DNA of 19,499 nucleotides from Chloroflexota bacterium (GTDB taxonomy: Bacteria > Chloroflexota > Anaerolineae > Aggregatilineales > J027). The notes below the pieces were generated by a model. The model was not told the origin of the DNA. It saw only the letters and a list, made by a program, of their open reading frames with translations, and did not search any database. This document shows, piece after piece, positions 16,850-19,499 of this stretch (the stretch's first letter is position 1; every line of letters starts with the position of its first letter). Location of the stretch: assembly GCA_022616515.1 (NCBI GenBank), contig JAKEEQ010000513.1, forward strand, positions 1 to 19,499. The letters run 5' to 3'. Made by a program: the position numbers and the translations under genes.

Positions 16850-17701
16850 ATGCGATTACTGGCCCGGAACGTTTTCAACACCCCATCTGAAGCAAACTAC
16901 GCTTTCTATACGTCATTCCGTGACATCACCACAATCTTACACTGCCATGATTTCTATGAGTTTTTTCTCATTGCCGATGGGCAGATTATCCATTGCGTCA
17001 ATGGCGAAGAGCAACCACTCCAGCAGGGCGCTTTTGTTTTCGTCAGACCGGATGATGAACACGCTTATCAGGGAGCCGGAGATAGTGATTGCCAGCTAAT
17101 CAATCTGGCATTTCTTGCCGGGACGTTACATGCACTGTTTGATTATCTGGGAGAAGGATTTTATCCGCAGCGATTACTTGACAGCCCTATGCCGCCCATG
17201 ATTCAATTGACTTTACAGGATACACAGCAGGTCATCGCCCGCCTAGACGGTCTTAACCGCATTGCTGGCGATAATACTGATTACCAACGAACAGCACTGC
17301 GTATTTTGCTGTTTGAGCTGTTCACATGGCTGTTTGCGCCTGCAACTTCACCCTATCGCCAATCGGGTATCGAATGGCTGGATGAGCTTGTCCAGACAAT
17401 GCACCAACCCGACCATTTTGTGGAAGGTGTTGCAAGGATGCAGGCTCTAGCAGACTGTTCATCTGAACATTTATCACGGGTTTTCAAGTCAAATTTCGGC
17501 ATCACGCCCACCGAATTTGTCAATGAGGTGCGCTTGAATTATGCAGCAAACATGCTGGCGAATTCAGACCGCGACATCATCTATATTGCAATGGAAGCGG
17601 GCTTTGGCAATCTAAGTCATTTTTATAAACTGTTCAAAGAGAACTTCAAAACAACGCCGAAAGCATACCGGCAGACCCAACAACGATCATTGATACCGTA
17701 G
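16850..17701 (+). CDS. AraC-family transcriptional regulator (N-terminal cupin-type AraC-binding domain, C-terminal HTH)
   Basis: 283 aa. Cupin region ILHCHDFYEFFLIADGQIIHCVNGEE. C-terminal AraC HTH hallmarks (LADCSSEHLSRVFKSNFGITPTEFVNEVRLNYAANML...IAMEAGFGNLSHFYKLFKENFKTTPKAYR). Divergent from the PhyH gene. No strong SD. Confidence 0.85.
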   Translation: MRLLARNVFNTPSEANYAFYTSFRDITTILHCHDFYEFFLIADGQIIHCVNGEEQPLQQGAFVFVRPDDEHAYQGAGDSDCQLINLAFLAGTLHALFDYLGEGFYPQRLLDSPMPPMIQLTLQDTQQVIARLDGLNRIAGDNTDYQRTALRILLFELFTWLFAPATSPYRQSGIEWLDELVQTMHQPDHFVEGVARMQALADCSSEHLSRVFKSNFGITPTEFVNEVRLNYAANMLANSDRDIIYIAMEAGFGNLSHFYKLFKENFKTTPKAYRQTQQRSLIP

Positions 17702-17714
17702 CGGGAGACACGCC

Positions 17715-18674
17715 ATGAACGACAAACAGTTTTTTCTCTCCAAACATGATTTTGAACCGGCCTACTTGGCCCTTTATCGTTCCGGCGAACTTCAGCGACG
17801 TGCCAGGGAAGCGATTGCGGCGCTGGAAAATTGCCAGGTGTGCCCGCGTGACTGCAAGGTGAACCGCATCGAAAACAAAACGGCGGCTTGCAAGACCGGT
17901 CGTTATGCGCGGGTCGCCAGCTATTTCCCCCATCGCGGCGAGGAAGATTGTCTGCGCGGCTGGCGCGGCAGTGGCACAATCTTCTTTTCATGGTGCAATT
18001 TGCGCTGCGTGTTTTGCCAGAATTACGACATCAGTCAGGAAGAAGCGGGAATTGTCGCCACCCCACAGATTCTGGCAGGAATGATGCTGGAACTGCAAGG
18101 ATTGGGCTGCCACAATATCAATTTTGTCACCCCCGAACATGTCGTGCCGCAGGTGCTGGAAGGGCTGGTCATCGCCATTGAGCAGGGCTTACGCCTACCT
18201 ATCGTGTACAACACATCAGCCTACGACTCGATGGAAAGTCTGCACTGGATGGATGGTATTGTGGACATTTATATGCCGGACTTCAAGTTCTGGAACGAGC
18301 GGCTTTCACTGCAATATCTGAAAGCCAAAGATTATCCTGAAGTCGCCCGCCGCGTTGTGACCGAAATGCACCGTCAGGTAGGCGATTTAAAACTGGATGA
18401 AGATGGCATCGCCAAACGCGGTGTGCTGGTGCGTCATCTGGTCATGCCGGGCAATATCGCCGGGACCAATGAAATCATGCAGTTTCTGGCAGGCATTTCA
18501 CCCGACATGTACGTCAACGTCATGGGCCAATACTATCCCTCCGGAAAAGTCAGTGAGGAAAAATACAGCGACATCAACCGCCGGGTAACATCCAGAGAAG
18601 TGCGCGATGGTAGACAGGCTGCGCTGGATGCCGGATTATGGCGCTTGGATGAGCGACGACAGTTTGCTTTTTAG
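17715..18674 (+). CDS. Radical SAM enzyme of the PflX/COG1313 family (homolog of pyruvate-formate-lyase activating enzymes; the AmmeMemoRadiSam-type radical SAM proteins are in this family)
   Basis: 319 aa. CNLRCVFC (Cx3Cx2C) radical SAM cluster motif, plus an N-terminal CQVCPRDC...C auxiliary Cys cluster. RBS GGGAGA. Starts 13 nt after the AraC stop. Confidence 0.75.
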   Translation: MNDKQFFLSKHDFEPAYLALYRSGELQRRAREAIAALENCQVCPRDCKVNRIENKTAACKTGRYARVASYFPHRGEEDCLRGWRGSGTIFFSWCNLRCVFCQNYDISQEEAGIVATPQILAGMMLELQGLGCHNINFVTPEHVVPQVLEGLVIAIEQGLRLPIVYNTSAYDSMESLHWMDGIVDIYMPDFKFWNERLSLQYLKAKDYPEVARRVVTEMHRQVGDLKLDEDGIAKRGVLVRHLVMPGNIAGTNEIMQFLAGISPDMYVNVMGQYYPSGKVSEEKYSDINRRVTSREVRDGRQAALDAGLWRLDERRQFAF

Positions 18675-18692
18675 GCAAAAAGATCATTTCCT

Positions 18693-18716
18693 GACATGTT
18701 CTGTCAAGGTTATACT
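18693..18716 (+). promoter_or_regulatory. Inverted repeat TGACA-tgttc-TGTCA (18693-18707) next to a TATACT -10-like hexamer (18711-18716), upstream of the WYL regulator gene. Putative operator/promoter.
   Basis: Perfect 5-bp inverted repeat with a 5-nt spacer, read from the sequence, about 35 nt before the ATG at 18743. No convincing -35. Confidence 0.3.
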
Positions 18717-18742
18717 GTTCAGAGAGTCAAGGAGATGATTTT

Positions 18743-19499
18743 ATGCGGGCGGACCGGCTGCTTTCGATGATGCTGATGCTGCAATCCCAGCGGCGGATGA
18801 CAGCACAGGAACTTTCCAGTGAACTTGGCGTATCGGAGCGAACGATTTACCGCGATGTCGAGGCGTTGAGCTTCGCCGGGATTCCGGTTTACACACAAAC
18901 AGGAATCAACGGCGGGATTTTTCTTGATGAAGCCTATCGGGTATCGCTGGCGGCACTCAATAAACATGACATTCAGGCCCTGTTTGTCGCAAGTGGTCAG
19001 AGTCCGCTGGATGATCTGGGGCTGAAATCAGACAATGCACTGCTTAAACTGCTCTCCATGCTGCCTGCCATGCATCGTGATGAAGCTGGTTACATCCGCC
19101 AGCGCCTCTACATTGACCCCACCAACTGGTTCACCGACGACGAGCCACCGCAATCTTTACCGCTCATGCAAGCAGCAGTCTGGGATGATCGCCGGGTCGA
19201 AATGGATTACCAGCGCGGCGACGGCAGCGCGACTCATCGCATTGTGGATGCCTATGGGCTGGTCGCGAAAAACAATGTCTGGTATCTGGTCGGGCGTAAA
19301 AGCGACGGAGAATTTCGCACCTATCGTGTATCCCGCATCAAAGAGGCAGAACTGGTCAGCGGGAGATTTGAACGTGAGCTGGATTTTGATCTGGTGGACT
19401 ACTGGGTCTGGAAAAGAATATTTGTGCAAGAAGGCGTTGCGCCCCTGCCCCAGTCGTTCCATCCAACGGCGACCAACGTGCCGCCGGTCCACCCGCGCC
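18743..19499 (+). CDS. YafY-family HTH-WYL domain transcriptional regulator (3'-truncated by the window end)
   Basis: Absent from the ORF track because there is no in-window stop. Translation MRADRLLSMMLMLQSQRRMTAQELSSELGVSERTIYRDVEALSFAGIPVYTQTG (HTH) ... YGLVAKNNVWYLVGRKSDGEFRTYRVSRI (WYL motif). Strong RBS AAGGAG 8 nt upstream. Confidence 0.8.
   Translation, partial: MRADRLLSMMLMLQSQRRMTAQELSSELGVSERTIYRDVEALSFAGIPVYTQTGINGGIFLDEAYRVSLAALNKHDIQALFVASGQSPLDDLGLKSDNALLKLLSMLPAMHRDEAGYIRQRLYIDPTNWFTDDEPPQSLPLMQAAVWDDRRVEMDYQRGDGSATHRIVDAYGLVAKNNVWYLVGRKSDGEFRTYRVSRIKEAELVSGRFERELDFDLVDYWVWKRIFVQEGVAPLPQSFHPTATNVPPVHPR

Noticed and set aside
1-19499. CRISPR arrays, tRNA/rRNA genes, HIP1-type (GCGATCGC) repeat enrichment
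   Set aside because: No regularly spaced direct repeats, no tRNA-like T-arm/acceptor patterns, and no obvious over-representation of short palindromes were seen by eye.

Overview
This 19.5-kb window looks like a bacterial chromosomal segment of about 50-55% GC. Genes are densely packed and mostly housekeeping, with one insertion sequence and a few accessory-looking clusters. I found no rRNA, tRNA or CRISPR array.

Gene order, left to right:
- (-) a Pol-beta-type nucleotidyltransferase at the window edge.
- (-) rpiA, then dcd.
- (+) a TnpB-only IS200/IS605-family element inserted between dcd and map. Its left and right ends share an ATGTTTGTAyA hairpin motif. The TnpB keeps the RuvC D/E/D residues but appears to have lost the zinc-finger cysteines.
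- (-) map, then glxK (glycerate kinase).
- (-) an SPFH/flotillin-family protein.
- (-) a Cys-rich single-pass membrane protein overlapping acylphosphatase.
- (-) rseP (site-2 protease), co-transcribed with a very acidic HEAT-repeat protein.
- (+) an operon of a small glycine-zipper membrane protein, a class A PBP with a PBP1C-type C-terminal domain, and a compact RimK-like ATP-grasp ligase. The small membrane protein is translationally coupled to the PBP by an ATGA overlap.
- (-) a PhyH-family Fe/2OG dioxygenase, divergent from an AraC regulator.
- (+) the AraC regulator is followed tightly by a PflX/COG1313-type radical SAM enzyme.
- (+) a partial YafY-like HTH-WYL regulator runs off the right edge.

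The regions most worth follow-up are the PBP/ATP-grasp operon, the zinc-finger-less TnpB with its putative omega-RNA, and the dioxygenase-AraC-radical SAM-WYL cluster. Several intergenic hairpins and terminators are also annotated.
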